DNA of 64,000 nucleotides, taken from Gammaproteobacteria bacterium (GTDB lineage Bacteria; Pseudomonadota; Gammaproteobacteria; Chromatiales; Chromatiaceae). Shown in pieces: positions 43,163 to 57,106 of this stretch. Positions within the stretch are counted from its first letter, which is position 1; the number at the start of each line of letters is the position of its first letter. The notes under the pieces are model-generated. The model was given only the letters and a program-made list of their open reading frames with translations, made no database searches and was not told the origin of the DNA. The stretch spans positions 514 through 64,513 of the forward strand of contig JANEMA010000007.1 of the NCBI GenBank assembly GCA_024510845.1, given 5' to 3'. A program made the position numbers and the translations under genes.

Positions 43163-44202
43163 AGGGTCACCTCGTCTATGATCTCGGCGAAAGTCTCTTC
43201 CATGTGATCCCACAGACGGATCAGCTGATCGTTATTGAACCAACGTGCGATCACGCGCAGGTTGGGGATCACCAACATCACCTTGCCGTCGGGGCGTTCC
43301 AGAATGGTGACACGACAGGGCAACACCACCCCCAGGCGCGGTTCGATATTGAGCATGCTATAGAGCTCGTTGAAGTTGCAGAAACGGATGCCCACCTGCC
43401 GCTGATCGACGCTGAACTCATCGGTCAGCCCCTGTTCGAGGAAACGGTCGGGGAAGATGCGGAAATTGTTACCTGCCAGCGCTTGCTTCACGTTACGCAC
43501 CGTGGTTTCAAAATCATAGGGAGACTCGAAAACATGCGAGGGCTCTTCGTTGAAATCCAACGCCTCACGCGGCGGCACCCGGCGGCCCAGTTCACGCACC
43601 CAGGCGACGATGTCGGTGACCTGCTCCTGCGACAACTGCCTGCCGAAGGCGGGCATTCCCGACTGAGGACGCCCCACGGTAACGATGCGGCGAATCATCC
43701 GGTCGGTCGCCGCCTTCTGGAATCCGTGATTGGCGATCGCTGCGGGCATCACCAGAAAGGAGCGCTTGCGCGCTACACTCACCCCCGTACCCTTGCCTAC
43801 ACCCATACCGTCGGTTGCATGGCAAGCCACGCAATGCTTTTCGTAGAGCACCTTGCCACGCTGGGGAGCGCCCGCGAGCGGAGCTGGATCGTAACGGCGA
43901 TCCCGGGTGTCCGTCCGCTTGCGCAAAAAGCGCACGATGGCGCTCACCTGCGCCTCACTCAACTCCTGGAAGGCAGGCATGATGCGTCCGGGCCGGCCGT
44001 TGCGAATGGTCTTCACCAGGTAGTCGTCACTGTAGTCGACGAACTTCTCGGTAGTCAGGGGCAGGCCAATGCCACCCGATCCCTCGAATTGATGGCAGGC
44101 AGCGCAGTGGCCTGTATAGAGCTGACGGCCATCCGGAAGCGCGCTGACCTGAACGGACAGCAACAACAGCCACATCCCCAGCAGGTGATGGATTCGCATC
44201 AT
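43159..44202 (-). CDS. Dihaem c-type cytochrome fused to a C-terminal DUF302 domain
   Basis: CAACH..MPAF; CVACH..MPAF; FETTVRNVKQAL..FCNF..LGVVLPCRVTI. Confidence 0.85.
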   Translation of the reverse strand: MMRIHHLLGMWLLLLSVQVSALPDGRQLYTGHCAACHQFEGSGGIGLPLTTEKFVDYSDDYLVKTIRNGRPGRIMPAFQELSEAQVSAIVRFLRKRTDTRDRRYDPAPLAGAPQRGKVLYEKHCVACHATDGMGVGKGTGVSVARKRSFLVMPAAIANHGFQKAATDRMIRRIVTVGRPQSGMPAFGRQLSQEQVTDIVAWVRELGRRVPPREALDFNEEPSHVFESPYDFETTVRNVKQALAGNNFRIFPDRFLEQGLTDEFSVDQRQVGIRFCNFNELYSMLNIEPRLGVVLPCRVTILERPDGKVMLVIPNLRVIARWFNNDQLIRLWDHMEETFAEIIDEVTL

Positions 44203-44233
44203 GTTTCCTCGCAGCAATGCGGATTTAAACAGA

Positions 44234-44274
44234 ATATTATCATATTCTAATTAATATGGATTGACCAAGATCAA
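44234..44274 (-). promoter_or_regulatory. FNR-type box with an extended -10 element
   Basis: TTGAC-caag-ATCAA at 44261-44274; TGnTAATAT on the minus strand at 44242-44234; spacing fits a class II site near -41. Confidence 0.65.
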
Positions 44275-44321
44275 GCTCGATAGAACATGTCAGGCGCGAG
44301 AAGAAGACAATACCGAATGGA

Positions 44322-46770
<2,449 letters not shown>

Positions 46771-46870
46771 CGATGCCATCCTGCCTATTGGTTGGGAACG
46801 AACCAGCCGGGAGTTTACCGTTTTCGGCGACAGACCGTTAGAATGGTGAAAACCTCAAGAGACGACAATC

Positions 46871-47107
46871 GTGAGCAAGGCAGACGGAAGCGATACATCA
46901 CTCGAACAGGCGCTGGGCAAACTCGAGGCACTGATCGAACGCATGGAATCGGGCGAACTCTCGCTGGAAGAGTCCCTGGCCTCGTTCGAGCAGGGAGTTA
47001 CCCTGACCCGCCGCTGCCATCAGGCACTGGAGCAAGCCGAGCAGAAGGTCAAGATTCTCACTGCCAACACGCCTGACCTCGCCACGGAACCCTTCGACGG
47101 TGACTGA
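46871..47107 (+). CDS. xseB: Exonuclease VII small subunit
   Basis: [37 protein letters not shown]. Confidence 0.95.
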   Translation: MSKADGSDTSLEQALGKLEALIERMESGELSLEESLASFEQGVTLTRRCHQALEQAEQKVKILTANTPDLATEPFDGD

Positions 47108-48002
47108 GCCCCCGCTGGTAGCCTTTATCGAACAGGTGGTCCAGCGCACCGACCGGGCGTTGCATGCCTGCCTGCCCGCCGCCCGCATCACCCCCGTGCG
47201 CCTGCACGAGGCCATGCGCTACGCGGTGCTGGGCGATGGCAAGCGTTTCCGCCCCATCCTGCTACATGCCGCCGGCAAACTGCTGGGAGTGCCTGCCGAA
47301 TGTCTCGACGTGCCCGCTTGTGCCATCGAGCTGATCCATGCCTACTCCCTGGTGCACGACGACTTGCCGGCGATGGACGACGACGATCTGCGCCGTGGTC
47401 GACCCACCTGCCACAAAGCCTATGACGAGGCCACGGCTATCCTGGTCGGCGATGCCCTGCAGACCCTGGCCTTCCAACTCATCGCCGAAGACCCGCGACT
47501 GGACACCGTACCCACGACCACGCGGCTGCGCATGCTCGCCGAACTGTCTCGTGCCGCCGGCTCGCGCGGCATGGTCGGTGGTCAGGCGCTGGACATCGAC
47601 GCAGTAGGCCATGAATTGAGCCTGGCCGATCTGGAGAACATACACATCCACAAGACCGGCGCACTGATCCGGATCAGCGTGCGCCTGGGTGCCTTCTGCG
47701 CCGACACGGTGGGAGGGGCACAACTGCACGCCCTCGATCACTACGCCAAGTGTGTCGGGCTGGCCTTCCAGATCCGCGATGACATCCTGGATGTGGAGGG
47801 CGACACCGCCGACATCGGCAAGACCCGGGGCAAGGACGCGGCCAACGACAAACCCACCTATCCCGCCCTGGTTGGCCTGGAGGAGGCACACGAGATGGCC
47901 GACCACCTGCTCGAGGACGCAATGGACAGCCTCTCACCCTTTGGCAAGCGCGCGGCTACCCTGCGCGCCCTGGCCCACTACGTGGTAGATCGACAGCGCT
48001 AG
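47100..48002 (+). CDS. ispA: Farnesyl diphosphate synthase
   Basis: GKRFRP; [21 protein letters not shown]; HKTGAL; FQIRDDILD. Confidence 0.95.
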   Translation: MTEPPLVAFIEQVVQRTDRALHACLPAARITPVRLHEAMRYAVLGDGKRFRPILLHAAGKLLGVPAECLDVPACAIELIHAYSLVHDDLPAMDDDDLRRGRPTCHKAYDEATAILVGDALQTLAFQLIAEDPRLDTVPTTTRLRMLAELSRAAGSRGMVGGQALDIDAVGHELSLADLENIHIHKTGALIRISVRLGAFCADTVGGAQLHALDHYAKCVGLAFQIRDDILDVEGDTADIGKTRGKDAANDKPTYPALVGLEEAHEMADHLLEDAMDSLSPFGKRAATLRALAHYVVDRQR

Positions 48003-48209
48003 GAGCCCGTCGAACTTTAAGGGTATATCGGTTGCCTTGCGCAAACTGATGAGCAGAATCAACGCAATGTTTCGAAGTGGTGAGCCTTGTCGCGTTCTCC
48101 AGGCCAATCAGCCGATTTCGAGAACATAGTTGCTGCTGCTAACGCAAGTGGCGGTGATGGGTTACCATCCCCACCTCTTCCTTGTCCGATCGATGCTTGG
48201 AGTCCGGCG

Positions 48210-48746
48210 ATGTCGTTCCTGCTCAAGACCGAAGCCACAATCGGTCGATTTTCGACCTGGATCGGTCACTTCTCCGCTGTACTGCTGATCCTGCTGGTGA
48301 GCAACGTCTTCTACGACGTGATCATGCGCTACCTGTTCAATGACGTATCCATCGGCATGCAGGAACTGGAGTGGCATCTGTTCTCCATGATCTTCCTGTT
48401 CGGCATGGCCTATGCACTGCAGACCGACGACCATGTGCGGGTAGACATCCTCTATGAAAAGACCAGTTCGCACACGCGCGCACTGATCGACATCTTTGGT
48501 ACGCTGGTCTTTCTCTGGCCTTTCTGCTTTCTGGTCGCCGACTATGGCTTCGGTTTCGCACGCGAGGCCTGGGAGATCAACGAAATGAGCGGCGATCCGG
48601 GTGGCCTGCCGCACCGCTGGATCATCAAGGGTATGATCTCCCTCTCGCTCGCCTGCGTGCTGATCAGCAGCCTGGGGTTTCTTCTCGGAGCGATCCATAG
48701 ACTGCTGGGCCTGAAGACCCGGCAACATCGCGAAACGGAAATCTAG
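48210..48746 (+). CDS. TRAP transporter small permease (DctQ family)
   Basis: QELEWHL; HVRVDI; GDPGGLP. Confidence 0.88.
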   Translation: MSFLLKTEATIGRFSTWIGHFSAVLLILLVSNVFYDVIMRYLFNDVSIGMQELEWHLFSMIFLFGMAYALQTDDHVRVDILYEKTSSHTRALIDIFGTLVFLWPFCFLVADYGFGFAREAWEINEMSGDPGGLPHRWIIKGMISLSLACVLISSLGFLLGAIHRLLGLKTRQHRETEI

Positions 48747-48756
48747 GAGCGACACA

Positions 48757-50046
48757 GTGGTTGGCATCATCATGTTCGGCGTGGCCCTGCTGTTGCTCCT
48801 GCTCGGGTTTCCTGTCGCCTTCACCTTCGGCGGTATCGCTCTGATCTTCGGCGTCTTGGCCGAAGGCTGGGACCTGTTCGCCTTCATGCCCTTTCGCATC
48901 TACAACATCATGCAGAACGTGGTGCTGATGGCAGTGCCTCTGTTCATCTTCATGGGTCTGGTGTTGCAGAAGACACAACTGGCCGAACAACTGCTCGAAT
49001 CCATGGGCCGCCTGTTCGGCACGGTACGCGGCGGACTGGCAGTTTCGAGCATTCTGGTCGGCTCCCTGCTGGCCGCCTCCACCGGCGTGGTCGGTGCCAG
49101 CGTGGTGGCGATGGGAGTCATTTCGCTGCCGGTGATGCTCAAGTACGGTTACAACAAGGGGCTGGCCTGCGGTACCATCTGCAGCGCCGGCACCCTGGGA
49201 CAGATCATCCCACCCTCGATCATCCTCATCATTCTGGGTGACGTACTGGGCCTGCCGGTGGGCGACCTGTTCCAGGCCGCCATCATTCCCGGACTGGTAC
49301 TGATAGGCATCTACATCTTCTACGTCCTGAGCATTGCCTGGGCACGTCCCGCCGCCGCTCCGCCGATACTCTTCGAGGATGACAGCAGAACGCAGACCCA
49401 GCACTACTTGGCCGCACTGAGGGCCATCCTGCCGCCACTGGCACTGATCATCGTGGTGCTGGGCTCGATCTTTGCCGGCATCGCCACCCCGACCGAGTCT
49501 TCGGCGCTGGGCAGCGTGGGTGCCATCCTGCTGGCAGCGCTGTATCGCAAGTTCAGCTGGCACTTGGTGTTCGACAGTGCCCTGGAAACGATCAAGATCA
49601 CCGCCATGGTGTTCGCCATCCTGCTCGGTGCCACCGCCTTTTCGATGACCTTCACCTATACCGGCGGCGACACCATCATCGAGGACTTCATGCTGCAACT
49701 GCCCGGCGAGAAATGGGGCTTCCTCACCCTGTCGATGCTGATCATACTGCTCCTGGGTTTCTTCATCGACTTCGTCGAGATCTCCTTCATCGTGGTGCCC
49801 ATCCTCTCCCCCATCGCCGAATCGCTGGGCATCAACATGCTGTGGTTCGCAATTCTCGTCGCCATGAATCTGCAGACCTCCTTCCTGACCCCACCCTTCG
49901 GATTCAGCCTGTTCTATCTCAAGGGTGTAGCACCACCCTCGGTACGTACCGTGGACATCTATCGCGGCGTGGTGCCATTCGTCCTGATTCAAATGGGTGT
50001 GGTCGTCTCCATTCTCGTCTATCCAAGATTGTATGGACTGGAATGA
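48757..50046 (+). CDS. TRAP transporter large permease (DctM family)
   Basis: GTLGQIIPPS; ATPTES; NLQTSFLTPPFG. Confidence 0.92.
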   Translation: MVGIIMFGVALLLLLLGFPVAFTFGGIALIFGVLAEGWDLFAFMPFRIYNIMQNVVLMAVPLFIFMGLVLQKTQLAEQLLESMGRLFGTVRGGLAVSSILVGSLLAASTGVVGASVVAMGVISLPVMLKYGYNKGLACGTICSAGTLGQIIPPSIILIILGDVLGLPVGDLFQAAIIPGLVLIGIYIFYVLSIAWARPAAAPPILFEDDSRTQTQHYLAALRAILPPLALIIVVLGSIFAGIATPTESSALGSVGAILLAALYRKFSWHLVFDSALETIKITAMVFAILLGATAFSMTFTYTGGDTIIEDFMLQLPGEKWGFLTLSMLIILLLGFFIDFVEISFIVVPILSPIAESLGINMLWFAILVAMNLQTSFLTPPFGFSLFYLKGVAPPSVRTVDIYRGVVPFVLIQMGVVVSILVYPRLYGLE

Positions 50047-50278
50047 AACGCATGAGCGAGTCGAAAGAGATGCTGGTAGCCCGTTTCCTGCGTCTTGCGG
50101 CCGACTATGAGCAAGTGATAGCCAGTAATCGACCTCGACGACGCCATCGTACGCTACCACGATAAGGACGAGGCCCTGACCCCCGCGCGGTCTGGGCAAG
50201 CTCCATCCACAAGCCTACAGCGCCCCTGCCGGTGCGTATTCGAAGCTCTCTGGACTGAGCCACCACAAAGTCCGACCC

Positions 50279-51244
50279 TCAGCGTATTCCCGGCCACCAA
50301 CCGACAAGTCTGGCCAGCGCCTCGGCGCCGGCCACACCGATGTGATTGGCCAGACGTTGCAGTAGATCATCTTTGGTGGTGAAATCGACCACCTCCTCGA
50401 TGCCGACCACATCGCGTGCGACGTGCCCCAGATCGCCCAGTTCATCCGCCAGCCCTAGGTCGATGGCGCGTTGGCCGCTCCAGAACAGACCACTGAACAG
50501 GGTATCGTCGTCGGCCAGACGATCACCACGTCCATCCTTTACAGCTCCGATGAAGTGATCGTGGATCTCGGAGAGCATCTTGCGCGCATGTGCCTCGTCG
50601 AAGGGCTTGATCGGGCTGAAGGGGTCGAGCATACCTTTGTGCTTGCCTGCGGTGAGCAAGCGACGGTCGATGCCCAGCTTGTCGAGAGTGCCGGTGAAAC
50701 CGAAACCATCTATCAGCACGCCAATGGAGCCAACGATACTGGAACGGTTGACGAAGATCTTGTCTGCTGCTGAGGCCACAAAATAACCACCTGATGCGCA
50801 CATGTCACCGACCACCACATAGAGCGGGATGTCCTTGTGCTTGGCGCGCAGGCGACGGATCTCGTCGTAGATCAGACTGGCCTGCACCGGGGTACCACCC
50901 GGGCTGTTGATCCGCAGAACCACGGCCTTCGTGTGGCTGTCACGGAAAGCCTTGCGCAACCCCTTGTTGATCCGGTCGGCGCTGGCTGGGCCATCGGGAC
51001 CAATCATGCCCTCGAGTTCGACCAGGGCCACGTGATCCTTGCCCGTGGCCTGATCGATATCGATCTCCCCGCTGCTGTTGAGCAGGTAGAAGACCACTCC
51101 GAGGCAGAGGAAGGTCAGCAGCTTGAAGAAGATACCCCAGCGACGTGCACGACGTTTTTCTCTCAGGGCCTCAGTGGCCAGAGTCTCCACCAGCTCACGT
51201 TCCCAGCCGGCATCGACCACCTGATTCTCTTCCCTTTCGTTCAC
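50279..51244 (-). CDS. S49 signal peptide peptidase (SppA-like)
   Basis: LRINSPGG; CASGGY; VGSIGV; GKHK; GTGA overlap with the HAD stop. Confidence 0.9.
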   Translation of the reverse strand: MNEREENQVVDAGWERELVETLATEALREKRRARRWGIFFKLLTFLCLGVVFYLLNSSGEIDIDQATGKDHVALVELEGMIGPDGPASADRINKGLRKAFRDSHTKAVVLRINSPGGTPVQASLIYDEIRRLRAKHKDIPLYVVVGDMCASGGYFVASAADKIFVNRSSIVGSIGVLIDGFGFTGTLDKLGIDRRLLTAGKHKGMLDPFSPIKPFDEAHARKMLSEIHDHFIGAVKDGRGDRLADDDTLFSGLFWSGQRAIDLGLADELGDLGHVARDVVGIEEVVDFTTKDDLLQRLANHIGVAGAEALARLVGWWPGIR

Positions 51245-51918
51245 CCTCTCGACTCCCTCATTTCGTAGACTCCATTCAGCCACACCGGCAGCGATCCAAG
51301 CGCATCCAGTACCGCCAGAGCCCCGCTCTGGAGCAGATGGTCGGTCTCATGCACCCCATGCGCAATGCCCAGGGCATCCACTTGCGCATTGGTGGCCATC
51401 AGCATGTCATATTCACTATCGCCGATCATCAGGACCCGATCGGGCGGTGTGTGCAGGTCGGTGAAGATATCCTCGAGCATCTGCGGATGCGGTTTGGAAT
51501 GCGCCTCATCGGCGCAGCGTGTCATATCGAAACAATCTGTTAAGGAAGTTTCTTCAAGTACTTTATCCAATCCACGCCGGCTCTTTCCGGTCGCCACTGC
51601 GAGCAGATAGCCGGTCTCGCGCACCCAGCGAACCACCGTTTCGGCCCCGGGAAACAAGGATGAGGCCGGAATCTCGTCACTCAGCCAGTGGGTTCGATAA
51701 GCCTCGATGATGTCGTCGATCTCACGCGTCCCGGCCTCCGGCCACAGCCGTGCCACAACCTCGTGCATACCCAGACCGATAATCTCGCGCACAGCAGCAT
51801 GGTCGGGCACCGGGTGGCCGGCGTCCAGTGCCGCCCGCTGCATGCAGGTGACAATGCGGTGTACCGAATCCATCAGGGTGCCGTCCCAGTCGAACACCAG
51901 CAGATCATAGGGCCTCAT
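51241..51918 (-). CDS. HAD-IA hydrolase (phosphoglycolate phosphatase-like)
   Basis: FDWDGTLMDS; ATGKSR; SKPHP; IGDS. Confidence 0.9.
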   Translation of the reverse strand: MRPYDLLVFDWDGTLMDSVHRIVTCMQRAALDAGHPVPDHAAVREIIGLGMHEVVARLWPEAGTREIDDIIEAYRTHWLSDEIPASSLFPGAETVVRWVRETGYLLAVATGKSRRGLDKVLEETSLTDCFDMTRCADEAHSKPHPQMLEDIFTDLHTPPDRVLMIGDSEYDMLMATNAQVDALGIAHGVHETDHLLQSGALAVLDALGSLPVWLNGVYEMRESRG

Positions 51919-52862
51919 TTCAGTCTATCCACCACGGTTTGCAATTCGGCAGGCAACGGTGCTTCCAGGCAGCATCCACCTTTCCTGCCCTCCCAGGGGA
52001 ATTTCAGTCGCCAGGCGTGAAGGAACAGGCGTTTCAGACCAGCCTTCTGAGCCAGCATCTCGGCGTTCGCATCTCTGTATTTGGCATCGCCCAGAACAGG
52101 GTTGCCCAGATAGGCGGCATGCACCCGGATCTGATGAGTGCGTCCAGTCTCCAGGCGTGCCTCCACCAGCATGGCGTTTCGCAGACGTTGACGCACCCGG
52201 AAATGAGTCACCGCATCCTTGCCGGCAGGATCCACACGCACGACGCGTTCGCCACTGCGCAGGGTGTTCTTCCGCAACGGAACATCCGCCGTCTTGCGAT
52301 CCTGCCGCCAGTGTCCGGCCAGCAGGGCCAGGTAGCGTTTTTCGACCCGCCCGGCAAGTTGGAGTTCCTGCAATTGCACCAAGGCGGAACGGCGCTTGGC
52401 GATCAACAGCAGGCCGGAAGTATCGCGATCGAGCCGATGTGCCAATTCCAGATAGCGTGCCTGTGGACGCAGGGCACGCAGGATCTCGATCACGCCAAAC
52501 GATACACCGCTGCCACCGTGTACCGCAATACCCGAGGGCTTGACGATCACCAGCAGATCATCGTCCTCATGCACGATGGCCTGTTCGATCCGCCGGCGTG
52601 CGATGACACCAGGTCCTGGAGACGGCACCGATTCCGTGAGCCGCAATGGCGGTATACGTACCTGATCGCCGATGTGCAACCGCTGCCTGGGTTTGACCCG
52701 CCCCTTGTTGACCCGTACCTCGCCACGACGCAGCACCCGATACACCCAGGAGCGCGGCACGCCCTTGAGTCGGTTGAGCAGAAAATTGTCGACGCGCTGG
52801 CCGTCGGCCTCCTCGCCGACCGCCAGGTATCGCACCCTGGAACCGTTGTCGCTATCGTTCAA
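51915..52862 (-). CDS. rluC: 23S rRNA pseudouridine synthase C
   Basis: S4 domain; HRLDRDTSG; TGRTHQIRVH. Confidence 0.93.
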   Translation of the reverse strand: MNDSDNGSRVRYLAVGEEADGQRVDNFLLNRLKGVPRSWVYRVLRRGEVRVNKGRVKPRQRLHIGDQVRIPPLRLTESVPSPGPGVIARRRIEQAIVHEDDDLLVIVKPSGIAVHGGSGVSFGVIEILRALRPQARYLELAHRLDRDTSGLLLIAKRRSALVQLQELQLAGRVEKRYLALLAGHWRQDRKTADVPLRKNTLRSGERVVRVDPAGKDAVTHFRVRQRLRNAMLVEARLETGRTHQIRVHAAYLGNPVLGDAKYRDANAEMLAQKAGLKRLFLHAWRLKFPWEGRKGGCCLEAPLPAELQTVVDRLK

Positions 52863-53437
52863 GATCCGCTCGTCAATTCAGTACGGCTGGCCACAGATGC
52901 CGGCCAGTATACCCGGGGACGAGCAGGTCAGGCAGGCTCGACCCAGATTCCCTGAGTAAAGGGGAAGTGGTTAGCAAGACAGCGTTCCGGCATTGCCTCC
53001 CGAATTCTCTCCGCATAATGAGACCAGGATCAAACCAGAAAGGTATCAGGGATGCATCTCATCGCAATTTGTTGTATTTTCAGCACATGGTGGTTGGCGG
53101 AAGCTGTGGCCTGCTGCCAGCGTTCGAATGGGCGCCCAGGCACCCACAATCGTTTTATTCTGTGCCCGGCCAAGGTCCAGCAGACCTGGCGACCCGATCG
53201 CATCGTTGGGCACCGAAATAAAACCTGAAAGACAATTGCCCGTGCCAGCCATTCAGATACCCCATTGCCACACCGGAATGCGGTCTCTGCCTGACTTGGC
53301 CCGTTGAAACTGAATTTATCCTGGTGCGCGCGCCAGTCCCGCCCGCTGTCGGCCATGCGCCTCAAGAATCGGCTGCAGGCCCTGGACAGGAACGACCGGG
53401 GTCCGCCGCACGGGACCACAACGAGATACCGACAATT

Positions 53438-56107
53438 ATGAAACGCATGCTGATCAACGCAACTCAGCCAGAGGAGTTGCGCGTCGCCATCGTGGATGGC
53501 CAGAAACTCTACAATCTCGATATCGAAGTCCCCGGCCGCGAACTCAAAAAGGCCAACATCTACAAGGGACGTATCACCCGCATTGAGCCCAGCCTGGAGG
53601 CCGCCTTCGTCGACTATGGCGCCGAACGTCATGGTTTCCTTCCGATGAAGGAGATTGCACGCAGCTACTTCAGCGAAGAAGCACAGGCATCGAGACGGCG
53701 CCCGAGCATCAGGGAGGCGCTCAAGGAAGGCCAGGAGCTCATCGTTCAAGTCGAAAAGGAAGAGCGCGGCAACAAGGGCGCGGCGCTCACCACCTTTCTC
53801 TCCCTGGCCGGTCGCTACCTGGTGCTGATGCCCAACAACCCACGCGCCGGTGGCGTGTCACGACGCATCGAGGGACAGGAGCGCGCCGAGCTGCGAGAGG
53901 CCATGTCGCAGCTCGAGATCCCCGAGGGTATGGGCCTGATCGTGCGCACCGCCGGCATCGGCAAACAGGTCGAGGAACTGCAGTGGGATCTCGACTACCT
54001 GCTGCAACTGTGGCGAGCCATCGAGGAGTCGGCCGGAAAGCGTCCCGCCCCCTTTCTCATCTATCAGGAAAGCAACGTCATCATCCGCTCCATCCGGGAT
54101 CACCTGCGGGCGGATATCGGTGAGATTCTGATCGACAACGAGGAGACATTCAGCCAGGCACGGCAATTCATCCGCCAGGTGATGCCACACAACGAGCGCA
54201 AGCTAAAACTGTACGAGGACAAGGTTCCCTTGTTCTCGCGCTACCAGATCGAATTGCAGATCGAGTCGGCCTTCCAGCGCGAAGTCCGCCTGCCATCCGG
54301 CGGATCCATCGTCATCGATCACACCGAGGCACTGACCTCCATCGACATCAACTCCTCGCGTGCCACCAAGGGCGCCGATATCGAGGAGACCGCGCTCAAT
54401 ACCAACCTCGAGGCGGCTGACGAGATCGCCCGGCAACTGCGTCTGCGAGACCTGGGCGGTCTGTTCGTGATCGACTTCATCGACATGACGCCCCAACGTC
54501 ACCAGCGTGAGGTAGAGAACCGCCTGCGCGAGGCCATGAAGGAAGACCGTGCACGGGTGCAGATCGGCCGTATCTCGCGCTTCGGTCTGCTGGAGATGTC
54601 GCGCCAGCGCATCCGGCCCTCGCTCGGCGATTCGTCCGCCCAGATATGCCCGCGCTGCCAGGGCAGGGGCCTGATTCGCAGCATCGATTCGCTATCGCTC
54701 TCTGTCTTGCGCATCATCGAGGAAGAGGCTATCAAAGAAGGTACCGGCCGAGTCAACGCCCAGTTGCCGGTCGAAATCGCCACCTACCTGCTCAACGAGA
54801 AGCGTCGTCAGATTGCCGACATAGAGGCACGCCATGGTGTCGAGATGATCCTCATCCCCAACAAGTACATGGACACTCCGCATTACGAGATCGAGCGTGT
54901 CCGCCACCAGGACATGCGCCAGGACGACAAACCGAGTTGGCAGAACGTGGCTCCCGAGCCTCAACCCGATCTGCCACCCAGAGCTGCACCACCGGCGCGC
55001 AACGAAGAGCCGGCGGTCAAGCAGATCACGCCGGCTGCGCCAGTCCCTACCCCGGCCCCTCGGCAGGAAAAGGAAACTCCGACCGAATCGTCATCCGGCA
55101 GCAATGGTGGCAGCCTGATCAAGCGCATCATCAGCAGCATCTTCACCCCACGCACCACACCATTCGAAGGGCCGGAAGCGCCGATCGAGGAAGAAAAGCC
55201 AGCCCGGCGCGAGACTCATCCCCGCAGAGGGCGCGGTGGAAACCGTAATGGCAACGGACGCAACCGCAACCGGGGTGGACGCAGCCGCAGTGGACAGTCA
55301 CGGGCACGCAAGGGGCAGGTGTCAGAGAAGGCCGGTGAGACCAGCGCATCAGCAGCGACGCCGACTGGAAGTGACAAGCCCCAGGAAGACAGTGCCAGCG
55401 AAACCCCGAAGCGGAGCTCGCGCCGCGGTCGGCGTGGCGGACGTCGGCGCCGCGAAGGCGGTGACACGGGCACCCCCGACAATACTGGCGCACAGAAGAC
55501 AGATGCTGGCTCCCCGGCGGCGGCTGAACCACGTGGACAGGGTGAACAGGAGGACAAGCCAGCATCGCGCAACCACCACCCATCGCTGGCGTCGGCAGAC
55601 ATACGCGAGGCCGGCAATCCAGGCACTCCCCCGGTACCCGGGCGGAAAGACACGAAACCTGTGGAGTCCGGCATCACATCGGCATCGGCAGGCGATACGG
55701 ACAGACCTGTGGAACCCAGGAACAGTCCCATCGCTCCCAAGACGGCGTCTCCGGTCGAAGCACCGGCTCGGCAGAGGAAAGTGTCTGCCGCACAAAAACC
55801 GGATACGCCGAGCAAAATCATGGCCCCGATGCAGAAAAAAGCCGAGGCTCCCAGGTCAGAACCCCCGTCGACCAAGGCCAAGAAATCTTCCGCTCGAGCG
55901 GAAAAACCGGCCACGCCACCGTCGGACGCTCCGAACGATGCCAGGGCGACACCAGCGCATGCAGAAAAAGCCACTGTGCCAGGGACACCCGCACCACGAG
56001 CAGAAACGCCTGTGACTCCCACCAAGGCAGGAAAGTCGACCAAGCGGGAGAGCGCCTCATCGAACGACGTGCCACCACCACGCAAAGAACAAAACGACGG
56101 GGGCTGA
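53438..56107 (+). CDS. rne: Ribonuclease E
   Basis: [10 protein letters not shown]; KGAALTT; IDINSSRAT; CPRCQG; disordered Arg/Pro-rich C-terminus. Confidence 0.97.
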   Translation: MKRMLINATQPEELRVAIVDGQKLYNLDIEVPGRELKKANIYKGRITRIEPSLEAAFVDYGAERHGFLPMKEIARSYFSEEAQASRRRPSIREALKEGQELIVQVEKEERGNKGAALTTFLSLAGRYLVLMPNNPRAGGVSRRIEGQERAELREAMSQLEIPEGMGLIVRTAGIGKQVEELQWDLDYLLQLWRAIEESAGKRPAPFLIYQESNVIIRSIRDHLRADIGEILIDNEETFSQARQFIRQVMPHNERKLKLYEDKVPLFSRYQIELQIESAFQREVRLPSGGSIVIDHTEALTSIDINSSRATKGADIEETALNTNLEAADEIARQLRLRDLGGLFVIDFIDMTPQRHQREVENRLREAMKEDRARVQIGRISRFGLLEMSRQRIRPSLGDSSAQICPRCQGRGLIRSIDSLSLSVLRIIEEEAIKEGTGRVNAQLPVEIATYLLNEKRRQIADIEARHGVEMILIPNKYMDTPHYEIERVRHQDMRQDDKPSWQNVAPEPQPDLPPRAAPPARNEEPAVKQITPAAPVPTPAPRQEKETPTESSSGSNGGSLIKRIISSIFTPRTTPFEGPEAPIEEEKPARRETHPRRGRGGNRNGNGRNRNRGGRSRSGQSRARKGQVSEKAGETSASAATPTGSDKPQEDSASETPKRSSRRGRRGGRRRREGGDTGTPDNTGAQKTDAGSPAAAEPRGQGEQEDKPASRNHHPSLASADIREAGNPGTPPVPGRKDTKPVESGITSASAGDTDRPVEPRNSPIAPKTASPVEAPARQRKVSAAQKPDTPSKIMAPMQKKAEAPRSEPPSTKAKKSSARAEKPATPPSDAPNDARATPAHAEKATVPGTPAPRAETPVTPTKAGKSTKRESASSNDVPPPRKEQNDGG

Positions 56108-56270
56108 CACTTTACTTGCCCGAGACCTCGACCACCCTCCTGGCGAGTGCTACCAAAAAGTCTTCCAGACTGGCATGGCCAACAGGGCTTGTCTGGCTGG
56201 GTGCCAGATTTCCTGGGTGAAATGACCTGCCGGAACGGTATCATTCCCCAGCACGGACGTGCCGCCTGTG

Positions 56271-56789
56271 TTACTCCCTCGTAACGCTCTGTCTTGTCTC
56301 TGCCTCCCGGCTGCTATCTGCCAGCCTCTCGCGCACGTGTGCCAGCAAGCCCTCGGCGGCATCTTGCACCAAGTCGAACACGTATTCGAAGCCCTGTGCC
56401 CCTCCATAGTAGGGGTCTGGCACCTCACATTCGCTGCGTTGCGGGGCAAACTCCAACAACAGACGAACCTTACAGGCATGCTGGGGCTGGCACTGCGATC
56501 GCAGGGTGGCTAGGTTGTCCTCATCCATCGCCAAGATATAGTCGAAATACTCGAAGTCCTCTTTCTCGACCTGTCGGGCACACAGATCGGACAGATCGAT
56601 ACCACGTGTCACCGCAGTGGCATGGGCACGCCGATCGGGGGAATTGCCCACGTGATAGGCATGGGTGCCAGCCGAATCGATGACGATACGGTCTTCCAGT
56701 CCCTCACGACGGACCAGCTCGCGGAAGACCCCATGAGCCGTAGGGGATCGACAGATATTGCCCATGCAGACGAACAGAACCTTTACCAT
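56271..56789 (-). CDS. Low-molecular-weight protein-tyrosine phosphatase
   Basis: VCMGNICRS; DSAGT; DPYYGG. Confidence 0.93.
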   Translation of the reverse strand: MVKVLFVCMGNICRSPTAHGVFRELVRREGLEDRIVIDSAGTHAYHVGNSPDRRAHATAVTRGIDLSDLCARQVEKEDFEYFDYILAMDEDNLATLRSQCQPQHACKVRLLLEFAPQRSECEVPDPYYGGAQGFEYVFDLVQDAAEGLLAHVRERLADSSREAETRQSVTRE

Positions 56790-56833
56790 TGATTTCACTC
56801 TCAGTTTCCAGAACCACTCATCGGGATCACATC

Positions 56834-57106
56834 ATGACCTCACCCCTGCACCGCAATCTACGCAAGCTGATCGGCCGGCGGTACCGTTATCTGTCGGACA
56901 ACTGTATCCTCATCGACATACTGGGCGACGAAGACTGCGTGGTGCTGCAACGTCTGCCGGGCAGCACATCCGAGCCATTGCAGACTGATCAGTACGGCAT
57001 GGCGCGACGTCACGTGCCAGATACCCTCACCCTGCCCATCTCCAGCGCGGACGATCCCGACACCTATTCGGAAGAGCTGTTGCTACTGTTCAACCAGGAC
57101 GACTGA
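56834..57106 (+). CDS. Hypothetical protein
   Basis: 90-aa ORF filling the gap between the phosphatase and kdsB. Confidence 0.6.
   Translation: MTSPLHRNLRKLIGRRYRYLSDNCILIDILGDEDCVVLQRLPGSTSEPLQTDQYGMARRHVPDTLTLPISSADDPDTYSEELLLLFNQDD

Noticed and set aside
50052-50165. 37-aa ORF after dctM as a real small protein
   Set aside because: No RBS or recognisable motif; cannot be supported.
55000-56107. Low-complexity Pro/Ala/Arg-rich stretch as a novel repeat protein
   Set aside because: It is the normal disordered C-terminal scaffold of RNase E.
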